The position numbers were made by a program, and so were the translations under genes. The notes under the pieces were generated by a model that was not told the DNA's origin, did no database searches, and saw only the letters and a list, made by a program, of their open reading frames with translations. From Lama guanicoe (Eukaryota): 64,000 nt of DNA. This document shows positions 38,921 to 52,331 of the stretch, piece by piece. The stretch is taken from positions 1,011,058 through 1,075,057 of the forward strand of contig MU053487.1 in assembly GCA_013239625.1 (NCBI GenBank), in the 5' to 3' direction. Every line of letters starts with the position of its first letter. Position 1 is the first letter of the stretch.

Positions 38921-39489
38921 AAAATCAGATTTTAGGTAAAAGACCTGTGTTCTTAATTAATGGCATCTATGAGAGGAATCTTAATTGAATCTGGCTCCAT
39001 GCACTAAAGTAAATACAGGTCTTCTTTTATCTTGGGTACTGTGGTTCAGATGAAGAACAAATATTTTTCCTACAATAAACAAACGATTTATATATCAGGC
39101 AGAGCTCTGACCTTGAGTCACTCTTCTAAGATTCTTACACAAATAAGTCAAGGATAATGCTGTTGACAGTAATCATGAATTAGGTGCATGGCTGCTGATG
39201 GGAGGCTTTATGACAATTTAGAATGACAAAATGAGAATGATCTTATGAAATGTGGAAAGTAGAAGAACAGAAATTAGCTTTAAGGAACATCAAAGACTCA
39301 ACCCAGGGCCCTTGAAGACTAAGGCCAAAGCCACTAAGTCCCTTGATGTTTGGCAACTGCACATGCCTATCAGAGATGTCTCAAGTTACCAGAGGCAAAT
39401 GGCTGTAATTGATTCTACAAAGGCCCTTACTTCATTTCCCACTGCAGTGGAGGAAATATACTTATCAGGCCGAGGACTCAAATTCAGGT

Positions 39490-40500
39490 AATAAGAATAT
39501 CTACAAGCCATGATGAAAAAGGCAAAAAAAATTCAATAGAAAAATGGGAAAACCTTAAACTGACACTTCCAAGGGATGCCTCCCAGATCCTTGAGAGAGA
39601 CATTTTGAGATTGTAAAATGGGAAGAGGCTGGGAGAAGATTTACATCTCAAAGGAGCAGAAATGCTCTAAGCAATTGCAAGTAAAGGGCCTACAGTCAAG
39701 AAGAAACTTAACGTAAAGATTAGTCAAGTTGAGCGGACATTAAAGCCATCTTAGTCAGTCATCAAGGAAATGAAAAACTAAACCTATAGTGAGATTCCTC
39801 TACCGCTCCTCCAGAAAGGTTAACATTTACATTTTTCTATTTTTAAATAAGTAAAAGGATAGGAAATGTCAAGTACTGTTTGGAACATGAAGCAACTGGA
39901 ATGTCCCTAAAATATTGGTCAGAGTGTAGGAGGACAAAAGCACTTTGGGAAAATATTTGGGTGTACCTACCAAAGCTGGGAATGCACGTGTATATGAGCC
40001 AGCAATTCCTCTCCTAGGTGCATGTTCAGGAAGCGCAGGTCCGTGTGTACTGGAAGCATCATAGATATATTCATGGTGGGGTATTCATAGTGGTGGAATA
40101 CTTGAAAAAACCCACACATAACAATATTTAACAACAATAGAATTGATAAACAAATGATGTTATATTCCACTTCCATAGTAACGTACGTGAATGAATTACA
40201 CAAACATAACATTGAATGAAACAGAGCAAGTCATGAGTGAGTATATTCTGTAGGATTGCATTTTATGAGGTTCTTAAACAGTCAGAACTAATCTATGGAG
40301 ATAGAAGTCAGGATAGTGGTTTCCTTTAATGAGGCTGGTGGGTGGTGATAGGAGTGAGCCTGAGGGAGGGCTCTGGGTGGCTTCTAATATTCTAGTCTTG
40401 ATCTGACTAGTATTTATAACTGGTATGCATGTTTACCACTTGTGAAAATGTACCCTTATGATTTGTGCACTTTTCTGCATGTATGTGATAGCACAAAAAT
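39490..40500 (+). mobile_element. Old L1 (L1MC/ME-type) 3' portion, interrupted by an LTR fragment
   Basis: caatagaaaaatggg, gtcatcaaggaaatg, ccagcaattcctctcctagg, aactaatctatggagatagaagtcaggatagtggtt. Confidence 0.75.
39571..39757 (-). mobile_element. ERV1-class LTR 5' fragment (MER31/MER67-like)
   Basis: Reverse complement aligns by eye to 41786-41969; begins TGA on the minus strand at 39757. Confidence 0.75.
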
Positions 40501-41785
40501 GAAACTAGGAAAGTGTAAGATTGGTAGAAGTTGCTGAGTCTTAAGGAATTCTTATTCCTACATTAGAAAAAAAAATGTACGTGGGCTAAAAGTAGGGAGG
40601 CCTGTTGTTAACTAGGGACATTCTAGTCCCAAATTTTATGTGAAAATAGCCGAAGGCTGTCAGCTCATTTTTATCACAGGCAGGCAGGCCATTTGTGTGT
40701 AAAAAGTACAGTTGTTGAATAATCATCACATTTCCTTGTTTTACAAATGTGGAGCCGTCACTCCACCAGGGAAGGTGATGACAGCAGTCACTTCTGTTGT
40801 TATTATTGTTGTTTTATTGCAGGCATTCTAAAATTAGAGGCAAATGACTTCTGGAGCTTGGGGTTTACTGAATTTTCTCACTTTGCTTATTTGAAGCTAT
40901 AACATTACAGTGGGTATTGAGTACTTCCTCATTTTCTTTGCAAATTCCTCCAGCAAAACAGCTCTAAAAATACATACATATATATATATATACACACATA
41001 TATATATATGTATATATATGCATTTATCAGCAGAGAGAAAACATTGGCTCAAATTAGAAAATATAGGTCAAATTACACATCTTCAGCTTTGTCACGTGAT
41101 TTTTAGTAAGTAATTATAACCCTTTGGCTAATGGTTCCTTACTAATGTGTGAATCAGCCTTTTTTTTCCCCAAGATTAATGTGAGTTTTAAAATAATGTT
41201 ACATTTTAATATTCCTGACCATGATCTCATCTGTGCCCTAGAAGTGGTGGCGTGGTTTGGGAGGCTGAGAAGGGGGCATTGTCTTTTAAAGGCAAGCTGT
41301 CAATTCCTGGTTGTCATTTTTGTGTGTGCTTTTCCACCATCCCAATTAGTATTTATAATCTAAATGAAGATGCAGTCTTGTGGCCTGAAGTGGCAGCCCC
41401 AACTGGATCACTACTTTCCTTTTTTTTTAACTCTTTGATTAAATTTTATGTGAAAGAGGGCATTGTTTCACATTTGGTAAACATTTAGGAAGTTAACCAA
41501 CACACTTATTTATGATACTTTTTTTACCCAAGTTCAAATTCTGCTCATGACTTATGTGCACAAATTTACCAGTAATCCAGTTGTTATTCAATCATTTGTT
41601 CATTTCATTCAACCTACAAGCCTACTATACCAAGCACTGTGTTGGGCACTTTGACATGTTTTGTTTCACTTAGATTTCTACCTCCAACTCCAGAACTTCA
41701 TCAGTAGTTTTAAAGTAAAAACAAACAAATAAGCAAACAAAACCCAAAACAGCAATAGACCAAAGATTTGTGATCAATTTGAGAA

Positions 41786-42226
41786 AGCTCAAGGTGGTCT
41801 TCAAGTTCCCCTCAGCTTGGGTAAACTTTACAGAGGTTTCTTCCTGGCTGTAGACCCTTTACCTTTCTTTTTAGAGCATTTCTGGTCTGTTAGGTGTAAA
41901 TCTTCTCCCAGACATCTTCCAGTTTTACAAGCAGGATTGTATTTCTAAAAGACCTGGGAGCCATCCCTTGGAAATATAATCATCAAGAAGATAGGGCCCC
42001 TCTCTCCTGAGCTCCATGGAAAGGTGGGGACCTGACTAATAATCACCAATTAACAAACACAGATGGTCCCCAGTACTTTCCCACTGCTCACTCCAATGCC
42101 TAAAATCCCTCCTTCCTTTTGTTTCGTCACAGTTGAGTGCAGTCTCTCTCCCCTATTGCAATTATCTTGACTTCTATTACAATAGTCTTGGATCAAACCT
42201 TCCATGCCTCTTTAACTCCCTTTGGT

Positions 42227-42240
<14 letters not shown>
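41786..42240 (+). mobile_element. ERV1-class solo LTR (MER31/MER67-like)
   Basis: ccctcagcttgggtaaacttta, gacctgggagccatcccttggaaatataatcatcaag, tctctctcccctattgcaat; exact subfamily uncertain; ends in an expanded poly(T). Confidence 0.75.
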
Positions 42241-42259
<19 letters not shown>

Positions 42260-42562
42260 GTGGCTAAAGAGATTGAGCATTTTTACATGCACTTACTGAA
42301 AACTTAGATACCCAGTTATTTGTGAAATGTCTAAGAGTTTTCTCCAATTTTTTCTTGTAGTTTTTGACTTTTTTGTTATGATCTGTAGGTGTTACTATTA
42401 CCTGGATTTGTGTCCTTCATTTGGTGTGTGTATTTCCTTCACTTCACCTTTCACATAAATCAGGTGACAGATGTGTATATGGTCTGGGCTTGTATCTGTT
42501 TTGTTCTTTTCAGCTTATTGCTTAACCATATGCCAAAGCCATTTGATCTTAATAATTGGAAC

Positions 42563-43071
42563 TGTTGGGAAGGAAGAAATTTTCCTCTACTCTTCTGGCT
42601 GGTCTAAGAATAAAATTGACATGATGCAGATTAATAGGAGAAAATCAAACAAAGTTAGTAACATATTCACAGGAGAACTGAGTAACTCACCAAAATGGCT
42701 AAAGCTCTCTCATTAAATACTGTCCTCATCTAAGGACAAAAGAGGATGTTGAGGGTGGGGAGAATCAGTAATGGGAGGTGACCAGGAAAGTAAAGTAAAC
42801 AAGGATAAGGTTGTTATGCAGATTTAACACAATTCCTTCTCCATTCCTGAGAGTGGCTAGAGATTTGGTTCTCTTCTTCCTGGTACATGGAGGGAGTAAC
42901 CCTTACAAATGGAGATTTTCCTAATAAATGTAAATGTTCCTTACAAAAGAGTAGTTCCTACTTGGTTTTCAGAGTTTTCCCCCCATCTGCCATTTCTTAG
43001 GAAATAACCAGCTTGAAATAATTAATATGCCAAAGAGACATATTTTGAGTTGATAAATTTTCATTCCCATG
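42563..43071 (-). mobile_element. ERV1-class solo LTR (artiodactyl MER41-like)
   Basis: Starts TG at 42563; 4-bp TSD gaac (42559-42562 / 43072-43075); words ggtctaagaataaaattgacatga and taatatgccaaagagacatatttt typical of this LTR group as I recall it. Confidence 0.75.
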
Positions 43072-43109
43072 GAACTTTTACAATAAGATGTGATTTCTGA
43101 TAGTGTGAG

Positions 43110-43925
43110 CATTTTTGTCCCTCCACTCCAAGGTTGTCTTGACTGTTCCTGGCTCTTTGCATTTCCACGTAAATTTTAGAAGCAGCTTGTTAATGTATGC
43201 AAACACACACATGCACTAGAATATTGTTTGGGATTGCATAGCATCTATAGATCAATTTGCTGAAGTTTTACATCTTGAAATATTTAAACTTCTTATCCAC
43301 AAACATGGTATAGCTCTCCATTTTAAAAAAGATTTTAAATTTATCATAAAAGTGTTTTTAATTTTCTATATAGAGACAGTGTATGCATTTTTGTAGATTC
43401 CTAGGTATTTGATGTCATTGAACATAGCATCTCAAGATTTTTATTTTCTAATTATCTATTACTACTAGATAAAAATCAACATTTTATGTTGATTTTGAAA
43501 ACAGTGTCCTTGCTAAATGCACATCCATATTTCCAAATTTATCTATGTATTTAAACATGTTCTGTATATATAACCATGTTGTGTGAAAGTGAGAGTTTTA
43601 TTTCTTCCTTTTCAATCTATTTACAAACTTATGTACATGTGTATATATACACATGTACATATATATACACGTATACATATATATTTGTTTTGCCTTTAAA
43701 TTTGGGTAGGACCTTCAGTACAATATTGAATAGGAGTAGTTAGGGCATTTTGGTCTAATTCTGGATTAGAAGGAAATCTTTAGATAGTTTACCATTAAGC
43801 ATGTCTGCTATATGGAGGTTTTTGTTCTTTTGGTTTTTTTTGTTTTTGTAGATACCTTTTACCTTTTATCATATTAATGAAGTCCCTTCCCTTGCATTGC
43901 TAGACTGCTAAGAGGTTTTAGTAAG
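43110..43925 (-). mobile_element. Old L1 ORF2 relic
   Basis: ttcctggctctttgcatttccacgtaaattttagaagcagcttgt, gggattgcatagcatctatagatcaattt, ggaccttcagtacaatattgaatagg. Confidence 0.75.
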
Positions 43926-45514
43926 AGCTAATCTAAGAGTTCATTCTTGGTAAGTGCTTTTCAGTTTACTTTACTCTTGTAGCATAGAATGTTGAATACT
44001 CTGACTAAAAGTCTGAGAGTCTGGGGTATATGGAGAGACTGCTCCTCCTTATCAGGACTTGAACTCTATTTTTTATATTCCCAATGTTTTGAGACTGCTG
44101 AAAACTGTACATATTTGTCTCTGTCATTTAGCTGCATCTCTTTCTGGACTTCTTAGAATCATACTCTGTCACCAAATAGAAATCACTGAAGGGAATTTCT
44201 AGGGGACGTGCTGAAAAGAATTTTAGGTTCCTATCACTGTGGTTCCTCCTCTGCTATCTTGACCCCCTCAATTCTTAGATGCCTTGGTAATGCTCAAATC
44301 CCTTCCACAGTCTTTAAAATCCAGCTTCCCTATTGTCTGGAGGTTTAGAGTTAGAAGTAAACTTCAGTTTTATTTAACAGGTAATTACATATGCTTCTAC
44401 TATAAATATGCCATCATGTTATGTACTGTGAATATTCAAAGAAAAGGGAATTCTCCCATTCATGGGTTAGCAATACAAATACCCTGAATTCTAATCTAAA
44501 TTCTCACAAAAATATATCTTGTGTTAGTAAACAGACTGGCCTAGCAGAATCAAGAGTTGAGAATTGGAAGAGACCTAAGAGATCACACTGTTCAGTTTCC
44601 TCCTTGAAGTCCATCCAGAGAGGCTGACTGTGGTGCCCAAGTTCACAGAACTAGCAGGATGGGAGCAGGGTCTGGGATCCAAGGCTCAGCTTTCCTATGT
44701 TGTATTCTTGAAATATTTTAGGTATGTAGGGATAATGCTTCTGTAAGCATCAAAGGGGGAAGCACCTTTATATGTGGGCTGTAGTTTCATTTCTTGGGGA
44801 ATATTGAGTGATGTAGAATAGAATTGCAAATTATAGCACTTTACAGCTGGTGTTGGACTGCAAAAGGCATGAAAGTAAAATGTTTCCTCTAATTTAATTT
44901 TTTTAAAAGATATAACCACTTTTTCAGATTGCAATATAGTAAGCACTCTTTCCAGTCCATTCTCTTTTCCAGTCACTATGATTGATCTATGTTAAGAAAT
45001 ACATTTTACATCTTAATTGAGCACTAACGTGTACACACACATGATTTTAACTTACAGGCTGAAACAAGTATCATTTACAATCTTACAATGTATGATCAAA
45101 TTTGATGTAGTCTATTCCATTCCATTTATCCTGTTTCATTAAAAAATATATGTCCATATGGATCTACTACATTGATCTGGGTTCAGATCTACCATTTAAA
45201 AACATTGCTCCCCATACAGCCAGTTATCCCTCCAAATCACACTACATACTGTACCATCAGAATCTTCTAGTTCACAAAGCTTTCTATGATCTGGTCCCAT
45301 CTCCCAGCAGTCCTCGGGTGCAACATTCCTTCAGCCTGTGTGAACTGTTTCATACAATTTTCCACACAGTCCCTTCCTCTCATCAGTTTCCAGATGGCTT
45401 TTAGTATTTGGTTTATGCTACCTTCTCTGGGACATGTTCCAGACCATCCAATCTGATTTTAATTTCCCTCCATGGTTAGCTTATCATACTGTAGTGGAAT
45501 ATTTAATGATAATC

Positions 45515-45715
45515 ATTCATTGAGCACATAGTATATTCCAGGAACTGTGTTACTATATAACTCTATGGTGTAAATGCTAATATAACCGCTCCTGATTAGG
45601 TGAGGAAACTGGGGTTTGGAAAAGTGCTGTAACTTACTTGGGTAAGGCTGCTGGTGAGCTGTATCCGTGGCTTGGACTCAAGCACTCGGATCCTAGAATT
45701 CTTGCTTTTAAACAT
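45515..45715 (-). mobile_element. MIR SINE
   Basis: Antisense core aggtgaggaaactggggtttggaaaagtgctgtaacttactt. Confidence 0.6.
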
Positions 45716-48700
45716 TAACCTACTTGAGGGGGCAAAGGGACAAAAGTGACATTTCATTTGCTCAGTAATCTCACTCCATTCCCACAATTTAAATTGATCT
45801 CTGTAGGTATCTTAGACCCTGGTTAGATGTCTTAGGATTTTTTTTTTTTTGCATGTATGTGGGATGTATGGCCCAAGTGACTTTAGACCCACCTGATGTC
45901 ATCTTTTCCTCCTGACTTTTGTCTTGAAGAGCCTAGTTTAGGCTACTCACTGGACTCGTGGCTTTTAAAGCAGGGCTGGTCCCATCCCTGAGTTTTCTAA
46001 TGGCATTTGTTGCTCATGCCATTTTGTCTGCTCCGTCAGGGATTGGTAACGTTCTCTGATAAACTCTCAGGTGTTGTATAGCCCTGTGATCTCAGCTATA
46101 TCCTCCACTTGGCTCTGGGCTCACCTCTGTCATCTGGTAATCTCACCTTCGCCCTAGAGGGAACCGCTGGCTTACTGCCATGCTCCTGTCTGCTCTGTTG
46201 GACTTCTGGGGCTTCCAAACCACATGGAAGCCAAGGGAGGCTAGGAGACCTAACAAGGCCCCTTTTTTCACAACTACTTCATCAATTTACCATTTTTTTC
46301 TGTTTCAGCTAGTGCTATTTGAATTCTGTCTCAGAAATCTTTGCCAACCTCAGCATTGAGAATATATTCTCCTGTTTCTTTGTAGAAAGTCTGTGATTTT
46401 ATGCATAAGCCTATGATCCATTCCCTTCCTGCCCCCACCCCCTCCCCAAAATAACTCTTCAAGCTAGAAAGGCCAGCTTTCCTCCATCACTCAACCCCCT
46501 TCTCCCTACCCCAGGCATAGAGTATAACTGTGATCTTATTCATCGGGATGCTCTCTAGTTATGTTTACAAGAGGGATGAAGGAACTTAGAAACTCCTTCT
46601 TTCTTGCAGTAAGACCTAGCTCTCATCTCCCCTTTTGCAATCAACTCATGTCTGTTTTAGATAACAAAAGTTATTTTTTAACTCTGTCTTTTTATCTCTA
46701 CCTCTTGCACCATCTGCCTCTTGCTCAGGGAGAAGACAATGTACACAAACATTAAAAAAAAAACACCAAACCTCATTCATATATCTGAGAAAGCACAATC
46801 TCCATTCCACAGAGGTTCTCAGCAGTTATATAATGAATGACTTCTTCAGAAATGAAGGTATCTAAAGGAATGTATGAAAACCTGAAGGCGCAGACCAGAG
46901 GATGTGGTGGAAAGTAAAAATAGCACAGTGAATAGAAAATCCATGGTGGAAATGGAGGCTACAGCAGGGAGAACTACTACTGCATTGGAAGAAAGGGGAA
47001 ACGAAAGTCAGTGCCAGGGGACTGAAGCAGAGAAAGCAAAATAATGGTTCAATACTGGAATGGAGAGATTAGTAGTGTGATTATAAGACAGAAGAATCCT
47101 GGAACAGGTTAGAAGTGGCAGAAAACCTTATTTCTTCTCTGTAATCAATCAAAATGAAATTTTCATATTCTCTTCTGGTATCTGAAATGTTGATGATATT
47201 AAAGCTGTATTTGTTTATTCCAGTAGAAGACATTATAGTGCTGTAATATAAGATAGTGCTATCTATATAGAAACAGGCTAAAATGAGTGACTTCGTGGAC
47301 ATTATGTTTTATTATTCTTATCAAGTGAAAATTCAGCTTCCTTAATTCATATATTCCAGAAATAATGTCCACTTATAGGTGCTATACTTGTAAGATACAA
47401 AGCTCAATAAGAAACTCATAACTTACTTTAGGAGGCTTACAGTGTAGTGAGTAGCCCTATAACATAACGGTGCTGAGCTGTGATGCAAGCTTCCACAGGC
47501 TGTGACAGCAGATTTCTAGAGGAGAGTGTGGCTAAGTTGAGCACTAAACAGCAAAGAACAGATGTGAGTTCATGGAGATTCTTCCCAAGTGCGTTTGGGA
47601 TGTGAGTCCCTTCTATTTCTATTGTCATTCATCACTCTCAGTTCAGAAGTAGTTACTTTCATGTGGCTTCATCATGGGTCAAAGGCAGGTCTTAGAGCAG
47701 GGGAGCAAGGGAAGAGGGTGATGAGTGGGAAACCTGTTTTGTTGGGGGAAGCAAAGAGATACCACGTTTGGAAGTGGATACTAGGTAGTAAATTTTTTCA
47801 ACAAAATAGGTCAAGATGGATGCTGGGAAGTATATCATGTGATAACTTTAGGGGGCAGGAAGTGTTATGCAATCCAGCCATCTATCTATCTCTCCATACA
47901 TAACGAGTGTCCCAAGCCTTTGGAAGATTTTGAGTAGTGCAAGAGCAATGAATACAATACAAGATGTTTTCCTCTGTGTGTAGATTAAAATCAGATTGAG
48001 AATGAAATTTATTTCTGCTTCTCTGGAATCATGACAACAGAATTTCCCTGTGGTTCAGAAATATTTTAAAAGAACAGTAGGAAAGAATTTCATTCCCAAG
48101 CGCTTGCTTAGCAAGCACCATGCCAGTTAAGCACTGTTCTTGTGTCACTGTGCAGCTCCCCAGTGGGACAGAAGAGAAACTTCTTAATTAGATTTCAATG
48201 GTCCTTGTTTGCCGAGGTGCATTGGTAGGAGATGTCTGGTGACTGATTGGCTAAGCATTTGTTCCAGTTTTTGCCTCTTCTTTGTAGTATTCTGCTGAGA
48301 TGTGCCTCTTTCCTGTAACTTTGCAGTTTTCTCTGACAACAGGTTAAGTTAGTCTGCCCCTGTCATATGCCGAACCTGATGGATGTCAAGGGATGAGACC
48401 AAATTAATTCAACAGGTGGCAGAGAACCTGAGGGGAGGAGCAGGCTGCTCCACGTGGATATGCTAATATAGATTTCAGTGCATGATTATCATTCTGCAGT
48501 TCAGGACTAGTTGAATTTGCATATCCCCAATGTCTAAGAATTGATTTCCTAAATGAGGAAATCTAGGGCATAATGACCATGTGCCTCTGCATCACTGCAT
48601 CATTTCAGGATCCAAAGGAATCTGCAGAGAGTAAATTACTTAGTCCCCTTGGATGGATGGAATTTTCTTGTTATGTTAAGAAGGCTGTGGGTATTTTTTT

Positions 48701-50464
48701 TTCTCCTAATCGAATGGGATCAGTCTGTGTTCTAAACATAGGATCAGAAGTGCCTTGGAGGCTGCTGGGAGGGTAAATAATTAGCTAGCCTGCTGCCTAG
48801 AGAAAAAGCTTAGAGGTTTTTAGAGATAGCACAAATGGACTGGGATATTACGCAAAATTTGTTTTGGTCAGACTCTTAATTTATCTAATTTAATATAATT
48901 ATTGAGAAAAGCAAAACTGTGGACAGTTAGGAGCAAGGAATCAAGAGCCTGTGCAAAGGAGATTGGACATGAAATTTCTTCTAAGACATAATGACAATTC
49001 GATAGGACCAGATTTATTTCTTCCTCTTAACACTGAGCTTACAGAGTATGCCCCCAAATCTACCCCTTTGGGACTTCAGTTTTAGCCCTGTTATTCATAA
49101 AACTTTATCACAATCAAAGCCCTGTGAGTAAAATAATCATGTAATAATGTCATCATACTTACCCAGCTTTTCCCAATATGGAAAAATCAGATTTTGAATA
49201 TTTTTTTTAATCCCTGGCCACAGGTAAAAAATCAAAACAAAAAACAGAACTCTGAAGCAAGAAGACTTTGTACTATAGGAGACATCCTAAAAGGGGGCAG
49301 AAGTCTTAGAGGGATATTCATCACCAGCCCAGGTTTTCCTCAAGTCGGGATCAGCTGACTCAAACAGCAAGGTAAGGAGACACAATATGGCTTATTATGG
49401 GCTGCTTTTTGGGCCTTACATCTGTCCGATGTCTATCATGACTTTCAAACTCATTGGGATAGGTGAGTCATAGGCCTCTGTTGTCAGAGCCATGAGAAGT
49501 AGGTTTTGAATGGGATTGGAAATGATGAGGACTGAAGGAGAGGGAACATTTGATTAAGTCATAAGTTAACAGAAAATGGCCCCTGAGATGAACTCACTGG
49601 AAAGTAGCTCGGGTTGGGTGGAGACCTAATGGAGTTTGGTAATTAGTATTTCCAGGGGCTTCAGTCACATTAGCACCAGCATCTGTCTTCTCTCTTATGA
49701 ACCAAAAAAGGATGTGTCAAAAGGACCTCATCACAAGAGCTATGCCATTTGGCTGAGAGGTTGATATTCAGTAGATCTTTGTGGCATATTTTTTTTATCA
49801 AGGAGTTCAAACTGCCAGTTGAAAGCAAGTTGTCAGAAACAGGACCTCCTGAAGAAGCTAGGATATTGTATTAGGAAAGGTGGGGAGGGGTCTAGAGCCT
49901 GAACCAAACCCAGGGTCCTAGAACTCATTTTTCAAATGAGGAAAATGGGGAAATGAAAGATCTGGGAGTCTTTAGCATCTTGCAGAAGTTGCATAAAGCT
50001 AGGTAAGATTTAGAGTTTGAATCCAGCTCCATCAGACTCTAAAGTGGGCTTCTCCCATTTTAATTTACTGCCTTTACTAAAATGGTAAGGGTCCATCCAG
50101 ACTAAACTCTACAGTTGTCACTGAAAGCTTTCAGAGCTTGTGAGCCTCTTAAATGGATTGCAACCAGTCCTCCTGGATTAGGCTACCTTCCCATGAATGC
50201 TCTTCCTCACACCCAGATTTATCTAAAGGAGCATGTTTTCATGACTCAACGTTTGTAACTACCACGTATTAATTAGGTCCCACTCTGCAAGTAGCGGAGT
50301 TGAAACTTTCCTATTTAACACATGGGATAACAAAGTCCAAGTGACCTGCCTTAAGTCTGCACAATGTCATTGGTTTACAAGAGAGAGATGTCAAGTATTA
50401 TACCAGGTCTTAGCATTCTTTGTCCTCAAATTCTAGCAGAGTGCCTCACTGACAATCCTAACAG

Positions 50465-50775
50465 TAAAAATTATATTACCTATCACTTACAGATGAGGAA
50501 AATAAGACCTTGCCCAATAGTAAGAAGCTGATCAGTGGTAGGCACTGGATTCTAACCTAGGCGATCTGCTTCCAGGGTCTGTGTTTTTCTAAATCCCACT
50601 GCTTATGCTAATACTTGACGTGATGTTAAATAGATTTCAAATACTTTCTCATAACTTAATTCACTTTATCTTCTTAGTAATCATGTGAGTTAAATATTTT
50701 CATTATCCCCATTTAACTATGAGGATATAGAAGCTCTGAGAGGTTAAGTAACTTGTCCAAGGTCAAACATCTGGT
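50465..50775 (-). mobile_element. Two adjacent MIR fragments
   Basis: ttacagatgaggaaaata (~50487) and cattatccccattt...gagaggttaagtaacttgtccaaggtca (50701-50765). Confidence 0.7.
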
Positions 50776-50899
50776 CTCATCAGAATCTTCTTACTCTAAT
50801 CTAAGCCCCTGATTCTACCCATTAGTTCCCTCAGATGAGATTCCTTCTGTTGCTAGTAACCAATGGACAGTCATGCTCTGTAAATTTCTCTCTGAATTC

Positions 50900-51360
50900 T
50901 GGGGCGGTAGATTGCAAAAATGAACACAGACCCCCACCCCTGCCTGCAGCCATGTAGTTTACTTCATGACTATGCAGATCCTCCCATCAGTGTGAAGTGC
51001 ACTTTCCCTCCTCTTCAGCCTGAACTGACTATGTGACTTGCTTTGACCAACAGAATGCAGCAAAATTGTGTTGTGACCTACGTCTCCAGAGGCTTTACAT
51101 ACTTCTGAAAGCTCTCTTGGAACTCTTTCCAGTTGCCATGTGAACAAGTCTGAGAAATTCTGCTGAAGGATTCCCTAAGCATCCTAGGGCAGCTAGGAAC
51201 CAGTTAATCTAGCAGGGGATTGCAGATGCATGACTGAGCCCAACCGAGACCAGAAGACCATCCAGATAGACCCAGCCTAAACTGCTGACCTGCAGAAGTG
51301 TGAGTTAAATAAAAGCTTATATTTTTAAGCCACTAAGTTTGGGGATGGTTTACTGTGACT
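50900..51360 (+). mobile_element. MLT1-type MaLR solo LTR
   Basis: tgtgacttgctttgaccaacagaatg, tgccatgtgaacaagtc, aataaa...ttttaagccactaagtttgggg. Confidence 0.85.
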
Positions 51361-52034
51361 CACTAGGGTGCTGAATATTGTCTGTTGACTTTCTTGGTAC
51401 CCATATGTTTGATTCCTTCCTTCACTGTGATTACTGAAGAACTTGTGTTCTTTTGGAGGTATCCACTGAAATTTGATCCTATTTCAAATGTGTTCAAAAT
51501 GTCTTGTTGGAAATAATCTTGGAGCTGAGGAATAGCCAAATTTAGAGTCTCTCTCTCTCTCTTTTTTTTTTTAATTTGAAATTCTGGTCATCCAAAATTT
51601 TAAGTAGAGTCCACTGACCCTATTTTGATTTGCCAATTATGTCAAGTTGCAGGGACAATGGAATTCTTTGAAGGCAGAGAAGCCGTGGAGGAAGGAAAGA
51701 ATGCCTCAAGTGTCACAGAAGCATGTGTTGGAAGTGCTGTGTGTTTATTTCCTGCTCACCCTGTGCTGGTCGCTACCTAAAACAGACAGATAGAAAAGGT
51801 GATAGGTAGAAAGACAGACAGATAGATAAACAGTGTAACTGCTAGTATGGTATCTTACATTCTAATTGCACTAGATCATGGTTGTACAATCACTGGTATT
51901 CTGAATGTACTAAAATAATTTAGATTTGTATTCAAGAGTGACAAGGCCGCGTGATAAAAGCTTTCACAGTGCATTTCTATTTTTAATTTGTTTCTCTAAA
52001 AGTCGACAGTTAACATCCATGAATACAAGTGACT

Positions 52035-52098
52035 ATATAATGCTTATTGACTTAATGCTTCTAGCATATAATGCTTATTGACTAGAAGCATTAAGTCA
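52035..52098. repeat. Nested 18-bp direct repeat and 17-bp perfect inverted repeat
   Basis: atataatgcttattgact at 52035-52052 and 52066-52083; tgacttaatgcttctag 52048-52064 is the exact reverse complement of 52082-52098. Confidence 0.95.
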
Positions 52099-52331
52099 TG
52101 CCTGGCTTGAGTAAGAACATTCACAAATGAAGGTAAATTTCCTATGAGGTCGTTTTAAAAAGTGGGAATATCTGATTTGGCTTTATTTATTATTTACTGG
52201 CTTAGCTGTTTTTTTATTCATGCATTTATTAAATAAACATTTACTGAGTGCCTCCACTCTTCACTAAGTACTGAGAAAACAAAAAGAAGTAAGATATAAT
52301 GCCTTTGGAAAGTTACTTATAGAATGGTATA

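Noticed and set aside
40760..40780. CTCF-like ccaccagggaaggtg
   Set aside because: The 3' half departs from the CCACCAGGGGGCGC core.
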